DNA of 64,000 nucleotides, taken from an uncultured Spirochaetota bacterium (GTDB taxonomy: Bacteria; Spirochaetota; Spirochaetia; SZUA-6; Fen-1364). Both the position numbers and the translations under genes were made by a program. The stretch is taken from assembly GCA_963845535.1 (NCBI GenBank), contig CAWJSK010000012.1:224001-288000 (forward strand), read 5' to 3'. Shown in pieces: positions 47,248-56,869 of this stretch (its first letter is position 1; each line of letters begins with the position of its first letter). The notes under the pieces were generated by a model. That model was given only the letters and a program-made list of their open reading frames with translations. It made no database searches and was not told where the DNA came from.

Positions 47248-48208
47248 TTACGCCGGCCCGGCCAGCTCATCCACCTCGGTCGAGGTCGGAAGCGCGTTCA
47301 TCACGCCCTTCTTCCGCGCCGTGAGCGCGCCTGCGGCGTTTGCCCACCTGATGTCCCGCTGAAGCTCGGCCGCATCCATCCGCGCCAGCGCGCCGCGACG
47401 GGGAAGGACCCGCACCAGGAGCGCAGCCATGAAAGCGTCCCCGCAACCCGTGGCATCCACCGCCGCCACGGTGAACCCCGGGGCCGTGCCGGCGCCGGCC
47501 CGCGTTCCCCACGCGCTGCCCTTCGGGCCCAGTGTTGCAACGCAGAGCGCGGGGCCCTTTTCCGCGATTGTGCGGCAGCCCTTTTCGGGCTCCTCCGTGC
47601 CTGACAGAAGAAGGAGCTCAGTCTCGTTGACCTTCACGACGTCCGCCATCGCAAGGGCGGCGGCAATCTCAACCTTGGCGTGCGGCTCGGCGTCCCAGAG
47701 CCCCGGCCGGTAGTTCACGTCGAATGACACGGTTGCCCCAGTGGCGCGCGCCAGGCGCGCGGCTTCCAGCGTGGCGGCGCGGCACGGCTCCGCGGCAAGG
47801 CTGACGGAGCCGAAATGGAATATCGCGGTCCCCGCGAGCAGGTCTTTATCGAGCTCAGCCGGTTCAAGCAGCATGTCAGCGCCAGGATTGCGGTAGAAAA
47901 GCATTTCCGTGCGATTCGCATCAGGCAGGGTCATGAAGTTCAGCGTGGTACGATACTTCTTGTCGAACCGCATGCCCGCGAGTATCCACACCATAGCTGT
48001 CGAGCACCCGCTCCAGCCTGCGCCCGAAGGGATCCTCCCCTGCCTTGCCGATGAAAGCCGACTTCGCGCCCAGGCGCGCCGCCGCGACGGCAACGTTTGC
48101 GGGGGCCCCGCCGGCCACCGGAATGAAAGCCGAGACCGTAAAGAAGTCCTTCCCGGTTTCCGATCCAAACATGTCCAGAATGATCTCACCGAGGCTGACG
48201 ATATCCAT
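47248..48208 (-). CDS. PfkB-family carbohydrate kinase (fructokinase-like), frameshift ~47976
   Basis: SLGEIILD, GGAPANVA, FDVNYRP, KVNETE, VDATGCGDAF; extra G in CGCGGGCATG. Confidence 0.92.
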
Positions 48209-48215
48209 GGCGGCA

Positions 48216-48244
48216 ATCCTACACACGCCACCGGTTGCACACAA
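48216..48244 (-). promoter_or_regulatory. Putative promoter TTGTGT-N17-TAGGAT with a LacI-type operator half-match in the spacer
   Basis: 48226-48239 CGCCACCGGTTGCA matches 12/14 of the 767-780 palindrome; ATG lies 7 nt after the -10. Confidence 0.5.
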
Positions 48245-48345
48245 GCGCCTCATATGGTAGAGTTTCCGCAAGCCCAGTTCGCATCCAAAACGACCCAAAG
48301 CAAAGAGTGCTCGCGTTGTAGCTGCCCACAGCCGAAGGAGCCTAC

Positions 48346-48804
48346 ATGGAAGAGGCGTTTCGAGCCCTCCTGGAAGAATGGAAGGCCATCAAGGGGAACG
48401 TCATCCCCCTGCTTCAGAAGACCCAGGATATCTACGGATACCTTCCCGAGGATGCAATGCGCCAGATCGCCCGGACCACCGGGAAAAGCGCCTCCGAGAT
48501 CTATGGTGTCGCCACCTTCTACGCCCAGTTCCGGTTCACCCCCATGGGGAAGCACGTCATGAAGGTCTGCCACGGAACCGCCTGCCACGTACAGGGCGCG
48601 GACTCCCTGGACACGGTGATAGAGAGCAAGCTCGGGGTGGCGCCCGGGAACAACACTGCGGACGGCAAGTTCACGATCGAGCGCGTGGCATGCCTCGGCT
48701 GCTGCTCGCTTGCCCCCGTTGTGATGATCGACGGGGAGGTCTACGGCCGGCTTACCGGCGACAAAATAGGCAAGATCGTTGCGGGAATCGGAGACAAGAA
48801 ATGA
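48346..48804 (+). CDS. NuoE/HydC-like [2Fe-2S] subunit (StnA-like)
   Basis: YGVATFYAQF, VCHGTACHVQG, ACLGCCSLAP. Confidence 0.93.
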   Translation: MEEAFRALLEEWKAIKGNVIPLLQKTQDIYGYLPEDAMRQIARTTGKSASEIYGVATFYAQFRFTPMGKHVMKVCHGTACHVQGADSLDTVIESKLGVAPGNNTADGKFTIERVACLGCCSLAPVVMIDGEVYGRLTGDKIGKIVAGIGDKK

Positions 48805-50630
48805 GCGCGCGCGCTGAAGTTGCAGTGGGGATGAGCTCCTGCGGGATTGCCTCGGGAGCTCGCGTGGTGTTCGAAACGCTGAGAAAAGACGTGGCAGACC
48901 GCGGTCTTCCCGTCGATGTCGTAGAGACTGGCTGCGTCGGCGCCTGCCACGCGGAGCCGCTTGTGGAAGTCCGCCAGGCGGACGGAAAGAAGTATCTCTA
49001 CGGAAATGTCGATGAAGCCAGGGCCCATTCGATCGTTACGGCCCACCTTGCGGGAGGCTCCCCTGTTGCTGACCTCCTGATCCCTGACGACTACACGTAC
49101 CTTGCCCGGCAGAAGCGGATCATCCTCTCCAACTGCGGCGTCATCAATCCTGAATCCATCGACCAATACACGGCGCGGGACGGGTACTCCGCGCTTCGCA
49201 AGGTCCTCGCCTCCATGACCCCGGAAGCCGTCATCGAAGAGGTGAAGAAATCAGGCCTGCGCGGCCGCGGAGGCGCCGGGTTCTCCACGGGCATGAAGTG
49301 GACCTTTGCCAGGGACTCGAAATCCGCAACGGGCAGCAAATACGTGGTCTGCAACGCGGACGAAGGTGACCCCGGAGCCTTCATGAACAGGTCCGTCCTG
49401 GAAGGGGACCCCCACGCCGTGCTCGAGGGCATGGTGATCTGCGCGTACGCCATCGGCGCCACGGAAGGGTACATCTACGTGCGCGCCGAATACCCCCTGG
49501 CCATCAAGCGGCTCCAGATAGCTCTCCGCCAGATGGAAGAACATCACCTTGTGGGAGATCGCATCCTGGGGAGCGCGTTCAGCTTCCACCTGCACATCAA
49601 GGAAGGGGCAGGCGCGTTCGTGTGCGGGGAAGAGACTGCTCTCATGGGCTCCATCGAAGGACGGCGCGGCATGCCGAGGCTCAGGCCGCCCTTCCCGGCC
49701 GTGCGCGGCCTGTGGGACTCCCCGACGAATATCAACAACGTGGAGACGTACGCAAATATCCCGCACATCCTCACCATGGGCAGCGCGGAGTTCGCGAAGG
49801 TTGGAACGGAAAAGAGCAAGGGCACCAAGGTCTTTGCGCTTGCCGGAAAGATCAAGCGCGGTGGAATGGTGGAAGTCCCCATGGGGATCAGCCTTCGGGA
49901 AGTCATCTTTGACATCGGCGGAGGCATCCAGGGGGACAAGAAGTTCAAGGCCGTCCAGATGGGCGGTCCGTCCGGCGGGTGCGTGCCGGAGAGCATGGCT
50001 GACCTCAAGATCGACTACGACTCCCTCTCCGCCTCCGGAGCCATCATGGGATCAGGCGGCATGGTAGTGATGGATGAATCCACCTGCATGGTGGACGTGG
50101 CGCGCTATTTCCTCAGCTTCGTCCAGAGCGAATCCTGCGGCAAGTGCACGTTCTGCAGGATCGGCACCAAGCGGATGCTGGAGATCCTCACGCGGATCAC
50201 CGAGGGCACGGGGGAAGAGAAGGACATCGCTGAGCTGGAAGACCTTGCCATGAAGATCAAGATGTCGTCCCTGTGCGGCCTCGGGAATACGTCACCGAAC
50301 CCGGTCCTGACAACGCTGCGCTACTTCCGCGCGGAGTACGATGACCACATCAGGAACCACCGCTGCGAGGCGAAGAAGTGCAAGGCGCTCATCCGCTACA
50401 CGGTGAACGCGGACGCGTGCACCGGGTGCATGCTGTGCGCTCGCGTGTGCCCCACCAAGGCCGCGCGCGGAGAGCGCAAGAAGCCCCACACAATCGACCA
50501 GGATGCGTGCATCAGGTGCGGACTGTGCCACGAGGCATGCAGGTTCGACGCAATAGAAATCACAACAGGTCGGGAAGCGCTCCAGACGGCGCACACGGGA
50601 GCGCCGAAGACGGCGTCGAGAGTGGTATGA
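48801..50630 (+). CDS. NuoF/HydB-like FMN/NADH subunit with N-terminal thioredoxin-like [2Fe-2S] and C-terminal 2[4Fe-4S] domains (StnB-like)
   Basis: GCVGAC, GLRGRGGAGF, CNADEGDPGAFM, GEETAL, GGPSGG, SCGKCTFCR, C-terminal CTGCMLC and CIRCGLC. Confidence 0.94.
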   Translation: MSARAEVAVGMSSCGIASGARVVFETLRKDVADRGLPVDVVETGCVGACHAEPLVEVRQADGKKYLYGNVDEARAHSIVTAHLAGGSPVADLLIPDDYTYLARQKRIILSNCGVINPESIDQYTARDGYSALRKVLASMTPEAVIEEVKKSGLRGRGGAGFSTGMKWTFARDSKSATGSKYVVCNADEGDPGAFMNRSVLEGDPHAVLEGMVICAYAIGATEGYIYVRAEYPLAIKRLQIALRQMEEHHLVGDRILGSAFSFHLHIKEGAGAFVCGEETALMGSIEGRRGMPRLRPPFPAVRGLWDSPTNINNVETYANIPHILTMGSAEFAKVGTEKSKGTKVFALAGKIKRGGMVEVPMGISLREVIFDIGGGIQGDKKFKAVQMGGPSGGCVPESMADLKIDYDSLSASGAIMGSGGMVVMDESTCMVDVARYFLSFVQSESCGKCTFCRIGTKRMLEILTRITEGTGEEKDIAELEDLAMKIKMSSLCGLGNTSPNPVLTTLRYFRAEYDDHIRNHRCEAKKCKALIRYTVNADACTGCMLCARVCPTKAARGERKKPHTIDQDACIRCGLCHEACRFDAIEITTGREALQTAHTGAPKTASRVV

Positions 50631-53600
50631 CGATGGGCACTGACACAATCGAGATCACTTTCGACGGCAAGAAGCTCCAGGTCCAGCCGGGGCAGACCAT
50701 CCTGGACGTTGCGGAGTCCCAGGGGGTCCGCATCCCCACACTCTGCAACGACAGGCGGCTTGATCCATACGCCTCCTGCTTTGTCTGTCTTGTGAAAGTG
50801 GAAAAGGCGAAAGGATTCGTTCCGAGCTGCGGCACACGAGTCGCTCCCGGCATGGTCATTTCCACGCAGGCACCCGAGGTCACGGCTGCGCGGCGCATGG
50901 CTTTCGAGCTGATCCTCTCCAGCCATTACGGCGACTGCAAGGCGCCTTGCTCGCTCACCTGCCCCTCCAACATCGACATCCAGGGCTACCTGGGCCTCGT
51001 TGCAAACGGGAAGCCGCAGGAAGCGCTGGACCTGATCAGGCAGGACAATCCAATGCCCGCGGTCATCGGCAGAATCTGCCCCCGACCCTGCGAGCAGAAG
51101 TGCCGAAGGAACCTCGTGGATGAACCTCTCAATATCAACGGCGTGAAGCGCTTTGTCGCTGACCTGGAGGCCCAGGCAGGAGGGATTGCGGCGCGGCCCA
51201 TGCCGAAACGCATGGGCAAGAAGGTGGCCATCATCGGCGGAGGGCCCGCGGGGCTCAGCGCTGCATGGTTCCTCAGCGAGAAGGGCGTCGATGTGACGCT
51301 CTACGAGGCCATGGAAAAAGCGGGCGGGATGCTTCGCTACGGCATCCCTGACTATCGTCTGCCGCCGGCAGTGCTTGATGGCGCCATCAGGGATATGCTC
51401 AGCCTGGGAGCCACGTTGAAGACGGGTGTGCGCCTGGGCAAGGACGTGACGGTGGAAAAGCTTCGCGCCGAGAGCGACGCCGTGGTGGTGGCAATCGGGG
51501 CCTGGAAAAGCAGGACGCTTCGCATTCCCGGGGAAGACCACCCCGCGGTGCTCTCCGGTATCGACTTCCTCCGGGACGTGAACGCGGGCAAGCCGGTGAA
51601 AGTGGGCAGGCAGGTTGCTATCGTGGGCGGAGGCAACACCGCCCTGGACGCGGCGCGCTGCTCGCTGCGCCACGGCGCCGAGAAAGTGACCATGTACTAC
51701 CGGCGCACCAGGGACGAAATGCCCGCCTCCGACGCGGAGATAGAAGAGGCCATCGAGGAAGGGATCCAGATCCAGTACCTGGCGGCCCCTGTCTCCATCC
51801 AGACTGAAGGCGGAAGCCTGAAGTCTCTCACACTCTTGAAGATGGAGCTGGGAGAGCCGGACGCCTCCGGCAGACGGCGGCCCGTTCCCGTGGAGGGATC
51901 GGAGTACAGCGTCCCCGTGGACACCATCATTTCCGCGGTCGGGCAGTTCTCCGACACGAAGCTTCTTTCAAGCCTCGAAGGCGTCGTTGACGCGAAGGGG
52001 AACGTAGCCGCGGACGTGGAGACGGGCATCACGTCGGCGCCCGGGGTCTTTGTGGCAGGGGACTTGCTGACCGGGACTGACATCGCCATTCGCGCCGTGG
52101 CAGGCGGAAAACATGCAGCCCGCGCGGTTCTTGCGTACTTCGAGGGGCGGACGTATGCCCGGCCCAAGGAGTTCCTTTCGAAGAAAGCGGACTTCAAGGA
52201 GCCTGTTTCAGCAGACTTCAAGGACACCCCGCGCGTGGCAAGGGAAAAGCCGCGCGTCATGAGCGCGGAAAAGCGGAAAAAGAGCTTTGTCGAAATCGAA
52301 TCCACCATCACCGCGGAGCAGGCCGCCGCGGAGGCCTCCCGATGCCTGGAGTGCGGCTGCCAGGACGTGCGTGACTGCGCGCTGAAGCAATACGCCACCG
52401 AGTATGATGTTTCCGCAAAGCGTTTCACCGGCGATGTTCCCATCCACCCCGTGGACAATTCCCACCCGTTGATTGCGCGGGACCCGTCCAAGTGCATTCT
52501 CTGCGGCCGCTGCGTGCGAATCTGCCTGGAGGTGCAGGGGATCGGCGTATTCGGCTACATCCACAGAGGGTTTGCGTCCGTCATTGCCCCGTCGTTCGGG
52601 ACGCCCTTCGGCAATGACACGTCGTGCATCTCCTGCGGCCAGTGCGTCTCCGCCTGCCCCGTGGGCGCCCTGACGGAGAAACTGCCCGCGCGCAAGAACG
52701 TTCCGCTTCCCGAGCGGGCGGAGGAAGGGATCTGCTCGCTGTGCTCCGTGGGGTGCGCAATCGAGTATCGTTGGCACGGGACGCTGTTCACGCGTGTCAC
52801 GGAGCGCTATGCGGCTCCCAATAATGGAAAACTGTGCAAGAAAGGGAAGTTCGGGCACGATTTCCTGAACTCTCCCGAACCGGCTCCCGTGGACCTGAAA
52901 ACCGCGCGCGCCGCGGCCCACGCTCTGCTGGCGGGCGCGCAGTCGCCTCTCATGCGCATCTCCGGGAGGCTCTCCGGTGAGACGATCGATGCCTTCCTGG
53001 ACGCGGCGGCCAGAAAGCGCATACCCGTGGTGGCGGAAGGACTGGAAGGGCTTGATCCGCGATGGGCGGACCTCGAAGCTGCCCAACCGCAACGGACTGG
53101 CAACGGCACCAAGCCCATCCGCATCCTCGTAGGGGACATCGCCGCGTCCCACAACGTCGCGTTCACGGAAGCCTTTCGGCAGCACCGGCAGGGCTCGATC
53201 GACCTCTGGATCGCCTGTCATGACGATGAGACCACGCGGAGGGCCGCCTCACGCGTGGATGCGGACCTGGCCGCGGCGCTGAATGGCGCACTGGCAAGCG
53301 ATGCGCCGGTGGAGGTAGTCGTGAGCCCGGAAAATGCGCCCCACCGAGCGCTCGAGACGCTGCTCGCCGTGCGCTCCCGGGTGCGGATTTCCCTCTACTG
53401 GAGCTCGCGAAATGCGGGCTACCTCTTCCGCCGTACAACGGGTATGAGCCGCATGGCGAAGCAACCCGACCTTCTTCTCGACGTCGGGGTGGAGGCAAGC
53501 TCGAACGGAACGAAGCGGATTGCCTGGGGAATGACGGCGGTCAAGGCTGACCTCTTCATCCCGCTTGCGCGCGAGCTGTGGCTGCGCGGCCGCTCGCACC

Positions 53601-53674
53601 CCACGGGAAGGGAAAGCGTTCAGACCGGGCCGATTGCCGAGGGAGCCCTCAAGGAAGCGCTGGTCATCGACTGA
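50627..53674 (+). CDS. Large subunit: [2Fe-2S] + GltD-like FAD/NADP domain + NuoG-like Fe-S domains + degenerate molybdopterin-fold tail (StnC/NfnA-like)
   Basis: IPTLC..SCFVC..PSC; CKAPCSLTCP; GRICPRPCE; GGGPAG; GGGNTA; YYRRT; RCLECGC; KCILCGRC; CISCGQC; CSLCSVGC...LC. Confidence 0.88.
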   Translation: MTMGTDTIEITFDGKKLQVQPGQTILDVAESQGVRIPTLCNDRRLDPYASCFVCLVKVEKAKGFVPSCGTRVAPGMVISTQAPEVTAARRMAFELILSSHYGDCKAPCSLTCPSNIDIQGYLGLVANGKPQEALDLIRQDNPMPAVIGRICPRPCEQKCRRNLVDEPLNINGVKRFVADLEAQAGGIAARPMPKRMGKKVAIIGGGPAGLSAAWFLSEKGVDVTLYEAMEKAGGMLRYGIPDYRLPPAVLDGAIRDMLSLGATLKTGVRLGKDVTVEKLRAESDAVVVAIGAWKSRTLRIPGEDHPAVLSGIDFLRDVNAGKPVKVGRQVAIVGGGNTALDAARCSLRHGAEKVTMYYRRTRDEMPASDAEIEEAIEEGIQIQYLAAPVSIQTEGGSLKSLTLLKMELGEPDASGRRRPVPVEGSEYSVPVDTIISAVGQFSDTKLLSSLEGVVDAKGNVAADVETGITSAPGVFVAGDLLTGTDIAIRAVAGGKHAARAVLAYFEGRTYARPKEFLSKKADFKEPVSADFKDTPRVAREKPRVMSAEKRKKSFVEIESTITAEQAAAEASRCLECGCQDVRDCALKQYATEYDVSAKRFTGDVPIHPVDNSHPLIARDPSKCILCGRCVRICLEVQGIGVFGYIHRGFASVIAPSFGTPFGNDTSCISCGQCVSACPVGALTEKLPARKNVPLPERAEEGICSLCSVGCAIEYRWHGTLFTRVTERYAAPNNGKLCKKGKFGHDFLNSPEPAPVDLKTARAAAHALLAGAQSPLMRISGRLSGETIDAFLDAAARKRIPVVAEGLEGLDPRWADLEAAQPQRTGNGTKPIRILVGDIAASHNVAFTEAFRQHRQGSIDLWIACHDDETTRRAASRVDADLAAALNGALASDAPVEVVVSPENAPHRALETLLAVRSRVRISLYWSSRNAGYLFRRTTGMSRMAKQPDLLLDVGVEASSNGTKRIAWGMTAVKADLFIPLARELWLRGRSHPTGRESVQTGPIAEGALKEALVID

Positions 53675-54261
53675 CTGCTGCCGGGTTGACCGAAAGCCCG
53701 CAGCAGCGTTTCCGTCACGGACTTCATCCAGTCCCGCCTGCGCACGGGATCAGGTCCGCGCATGTCCCTGACGACATAACACTCGGCCTCCATCCCGCAT
53801 CTGCCCAGGACGGCATCTTTCCACAGGGACTCCAGGGCACCGGGCCGCTCCCCTTCCTCAGCGTCAGATGTGCAGAAAACAAGGCCCTTCTTGCCGGCAA
53901 GGAGCCCCTTCCACTTCTTCTCTGAACCGTCCTCACCTTCAAGCTCGTACGCAACGCCCTGGCGGAAAACCCTGTCCACCCAACCTTTGAGCATGGCCGG
54001 CGGCTGGCTCCACCAGTCGGGGTGGAAAATCACGAGCCCCTCCGCCTGTGAGAGCTGGCGGGAATGCTCCTGCACGAGGTCATCCAGGCTGTACAGCCGG
54101 GAGAGCTCGGAGGAGTCCAGCACCGGGTCGAACCCCTCTTCATGGAGGTCGTGGAAATAGACCTCATGGCCGAGGGCAACCAGCGTGTCCCGAGCGCTGG
54201 CGGCGAGCGTGTGATTGAAGCTCCCGGGCCGCGGATGGCACAGGATGAGCAGAACTTTCAT
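53620..54261 (-). CDS. Flavodoxin-fold NAD(P)H:quinone oxidoreductase (Flavodoxin_2)
   Basis: ILCHPRPGSFN, DLHEEGFDPV, HPDWWSQPPAMLKGWVDRV. Confidence 0.92.
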   Translation of the reverse strand: MKVLLILCHPRPGSFNHTLAASARDTLVALGHEVYFHDLHEEGFDPVLDSSELSRLYSLDDLVQEHSRQLSQAEGLVIFHPDWWSQPPAMLKGWVDRVFRQGVAYELEGEDGSEKKWKGLLAGKKGLVFCTSDAEEGERPGALESLWKDAVLGRCGMEAECYVVRDMRGPDPVRRRDWMKSVTETLLRAFGQPGSSQSMTSASLRAPSAIGPV

Positions 54262-54267
54262 CGTATT

Positions 54268-54297
54268 AAACTTGACTAAATAAGTCAGGTAAGTCAA
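54268..54297. promoter_or_regulatory. IscR/Rrf2-type operator overlapping divergent promoters
   Basis: AAACTTGACTAAATAAGTCAGGTAA (54268-54292) resembles the IscR type-1 consensus; TTGACT on both strands (54272-54277 +, 54292-54297 -). Confidence 0.6.
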
Positions 54298-54324
54298 TTT
54301 ATTAGCAGGAAGGATGGAGGGAAC

Positions 54325-54624
54325 ATGGTATCCCGGGACGCTGTTTTCATGGTGCTGAAGAACGTCGAGGACCCCGAAATCATGATGAACGTCGTGGACC
54401 TGGGACTCGTGTACAGGGTTGACGTCAAAGAAGATGCAATCGAAGTGGACTTCACGCTCACCTACCCTGGCTGCCCGGCAGAAGAATTGATCCGCAATGA
54501 CATCATTGAAACGCTCAGGGACGCGTTCGGCCTCGAAGTGAAAGCTACTATCGTATGGTCGCCGATGTGGGGCCCCGAGCGCATGAGCGAAGAGGCCCGT
54601 CTCGCTCTTGGATACCCGATCTAG
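54325..54624 (+). CDS. Metal-sulfur cluster assembly factor (SufT/DUF59)
   Basis: VEDPEI..NVVDLGLVY, TLTYPGCP, WSPMW.PERMS. Confidence 0.93.
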   Translation: MVSRDAVFMVLKNVEDPEIMMNVVDLGLVYRVDVKEDAIEVDFTLTYPGCPAEELIRNDIIETLRDAFGLEVKATIVWSPMWGPERMSEEARLALGYPI

Positions 54625-54684
54625 CGCGGCCGAAGGCCGCGGACGCCCAAGGGCGCCAACAGCCAAGGAAATGAAAGGAACCAG

Positions 54685-55491
54685 ATGGCAAAACTGATAC
54701 AGGTAAAGAATCTCCAGGCATCAATTGCGGGGAAGCCCATTCTCCAGGGGATTGACCTGACCCTTCGCGTGGGGGAGGTTCACGCGCTCATGGGCCCCAA
54801 CGGGTCGGGAAAAAGCACGCTTGCAAACGTGCTCATGGGCCACCCCGCGTACACGGTGACAGGGGGCAGCGTGCTCCTGGACGGAGAGGACTTCCTGGCC
54901 CTGAAGCCTGACGAGCGGGCCCGTCTCGGCGTGTTTCTTGCCTTCCAGTACCCCGTGGAAATCCCCGGTGTGACAGTGGGCAAGTTCCTGAAGCGCGCCT
55001 CGGAGTTGCGCGGAGCGGGGCCGCGCACGGACGGCAAGGGAATGGACGTGACCGGGTTCATCAAGCGCCTGCGGCAGGCCATGGACTTCATGGAGATCGA
55101 CCAGGCCTTCATCAACCGCTACCTGAACCAGGGCTTCTCCGGCGGAGAAAAGAAACGCATGGAAGTCCTCCAGATGCTCATGCTCGAGCCTTCTTTCGCC
55201 GTCATGGACGAGACGGACTCCGGCCTGGACATCGACGCGCTGAAGGTGGTCGCGCGGGGCGTGAACAAGCTTCGCGGCGAGGGCTTCGGCGCTCTCATCA
55301 TCACGCATTACCAGCGGATACTCACCCAAATCGTGCCCGACTACGTGCACATCATGTACAAGGGCAGGATTGCCACATCGGGTGGAAAAGAACTGGTGGA
55401 GACCCTGGAGAGCAGGGGATACGACTGGGTGCGCGCACAGTACGGCATAGAGGAGGACGTTCATGAAGTCGCAAGCGCCGTCAACGGTTGA
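54685..55491 (+). CDS. sufC: Fe-S cluster assembly ATPase SufC
   Basis: [43 protein letters not shown]. Confidence 0.97.
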   Translation: MAKLIQVKNLQASIAGKPILQGIDLTLRVGEVHALMGPNGSGKSTLANVLMGHPAYTVTGGSVLLDGEDFLALKPDERARLGVFLAFQYPVEIPGVTVGKFLKRASELRGAGPRTDGKGMDVTGFIKRLRQAMDFMEIDQAFINRYLNQGFSGGEKKRMEVLQMLMLEPSFAVMDETDSGLDIDALKVVARGVNKLRGEGFGALIITHYQRILTQIVPDYVHIMYKGRIATSGGKELVETLESRGYDWVRAQYGIEEDVHEVASAVNG

Positions 55492-56869
55492 AATAGGCGA
55501 GTACCAGCACGGTTTTTCTTTCCCTGACGAATCCGTCTTCAAGACCCGCAAGGGCCTGGACGAGGAGGTCGTCAACGCGATCTCCAGCCACAAGGGAGAG
55601 CCGGAGTGGATGAGGCAGTTCCGCCTGCGCTCCCTGCGGGCTTTCCAGAAAAAGTCCATGCCCAACTGGGGCGCGGACCTCTCCGACATCAACTTCGACG
55701 AGCTGTACTACTACGCCAAGCCCACGGATGACCAGAAGAAGAGCTGGGATGACGTTCCCGCGTACATCAAGGAGACATTCGAGCGCATCGGGATCCCCGA
55801 GGCGGAGAGGAAGTTCCTGGCGGGAGTGGGAGCGCAGTACGACTCCGAGATGGTGTACCACAGCATCAAGGAGGACCTCTCGAAGAAGGGCGTCATCTTC
55901 ACGGACCCTGAGAGCGCGGTGCGGGACCATCCCGACCTCGTGAAGCAGTATTTCGGCACGGTCATCCCGTACCTCGACAACAAGTTCGCGGCGCTCAACA
56001 GCGCCGTGTGGTCAGGCGGGAGCTTCGTGTACGTGCCCAAGGGCGTGAAGGTGGACGTGCCGCTCCAGGCGTACTTCCGGATTAATGCAAAGAGCTTCGG
56101 CCAGTTCGAGCGGACGCTCATCATCGCGGATGAAGGAAGCTTCGTGCACTACATCGAGGGCTGCACCGCCCCCATCTATGCAACGGAGTCCCTCCATAGC
56201 GCGGTGGTGGAGATCATTGCGCTGCCGGGGTCCCGCGTCCGCTACACCACCATCCAGAACTGGTCCGCCGACGTGTACAACCTGGTCACCAAACGGGCCA
56301 TGGCGTACAAGGACGCCACGGTGGAATGGGTGGACGGCAACATCGGGTCAAAAAGGACCATGAAGTATCCCTCCATCTACCTCATGGGCGAAGGCGCCCA
56401 CGGGGAGGTCCTCTCCATCGCGTTTGCCGGAAAGGGCCAGGAGCAGGACACCGGCGGCAAGGCCGTCCACGCGGCCAGCCACACCTCCTCCATCATCACG
56501 GCAAAGTCCATCAGCAAGGGAGGCGGCGTGGCAAGCTACCGCGGCCTCCTCAAGGTGAACGAAGGCCTTCATGACGTGCGCTCCCGCGTGGTCTGCGACG
56601 CCCTCATCCTCGATGAGAGGTCCCGCAGCAACACCTATCCCTACATGGAGATCAACTCGGACGACGTGTCCATCGAGCACGAGGCGAGGGTCAGCAAGAT
56701 CAGCGAAGAGCAGCTGTTCTACCTCCAGAGCCGGGGCATGAGCGAGGCAGAGGCTTCCACGATGATCGTCAACGGGTTCCTGGACCCGCTGGTCAAGCAG
56801 CTTCCCATGGAGTACGCCGTGGAGCTCAACCGCTTGATAGAGCTGGAGATGGCGGGGACGGTAGGCTGA
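55463..56869 (+). CDS. sufB: Fe-S cluster assembly protein SufB
   Basis: [54 protein letters not shown]. Confidence 0.98.
   Translation: MKSQAPSTVEIGEYQHGFSFPDESVFKTRKGLDEEVVNAISSHKGEPEWMRQFRLRSLRAFQKKSMPNWGADLSDINFDELYYYAKPTDDQKKSWDDVPAYIKETFERIGIPEAERKFLAGVGAQYDSEMVYHSIKEDLSKKGVIFTDPESAVRDHPDLVKQYFGTVIPYLDNKFAALNSAVWSGGSFVYVPKGVKVDVPLQAYFRINAKSFGQFERTLIIADEGSFVHYIEGCTAPIYATESLHSAVVEIIALPGSRVRYTTIQNWSADVYNLVTKRAMAYKDATVEWVDGNIGSKRTMKYPSIYLMGEGAHGEVLSIAFAGKGQEQDTGGKAVHAASHTSSIITAKSISKGGGVASYRGLLKVNEGLHDVRSRVVCDALILDERSRSNTYPYMEINSDDVSIEHEARVSKISEEQLFYLQSRGMSEAEASTMIVNGFLDPLVKQLPMEYAVELNRLIELEMAGTVG

Noticed and set aside
48346..53674. Respiratory complex I nuoEFG, [FeFe]-hydrogenase or formate dehydrogenase
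   Set aside because: No other nuo genes, no H-cluster motifs, no complete Mo-binding domain; the GltD insert points to the Stn type.
54625..54641. Hairpin CGCGGCC-GAA-GGCCGCG after sufT as a terminator
   Set aside because: No U-tract and inside a likely operon; at most a stability element.
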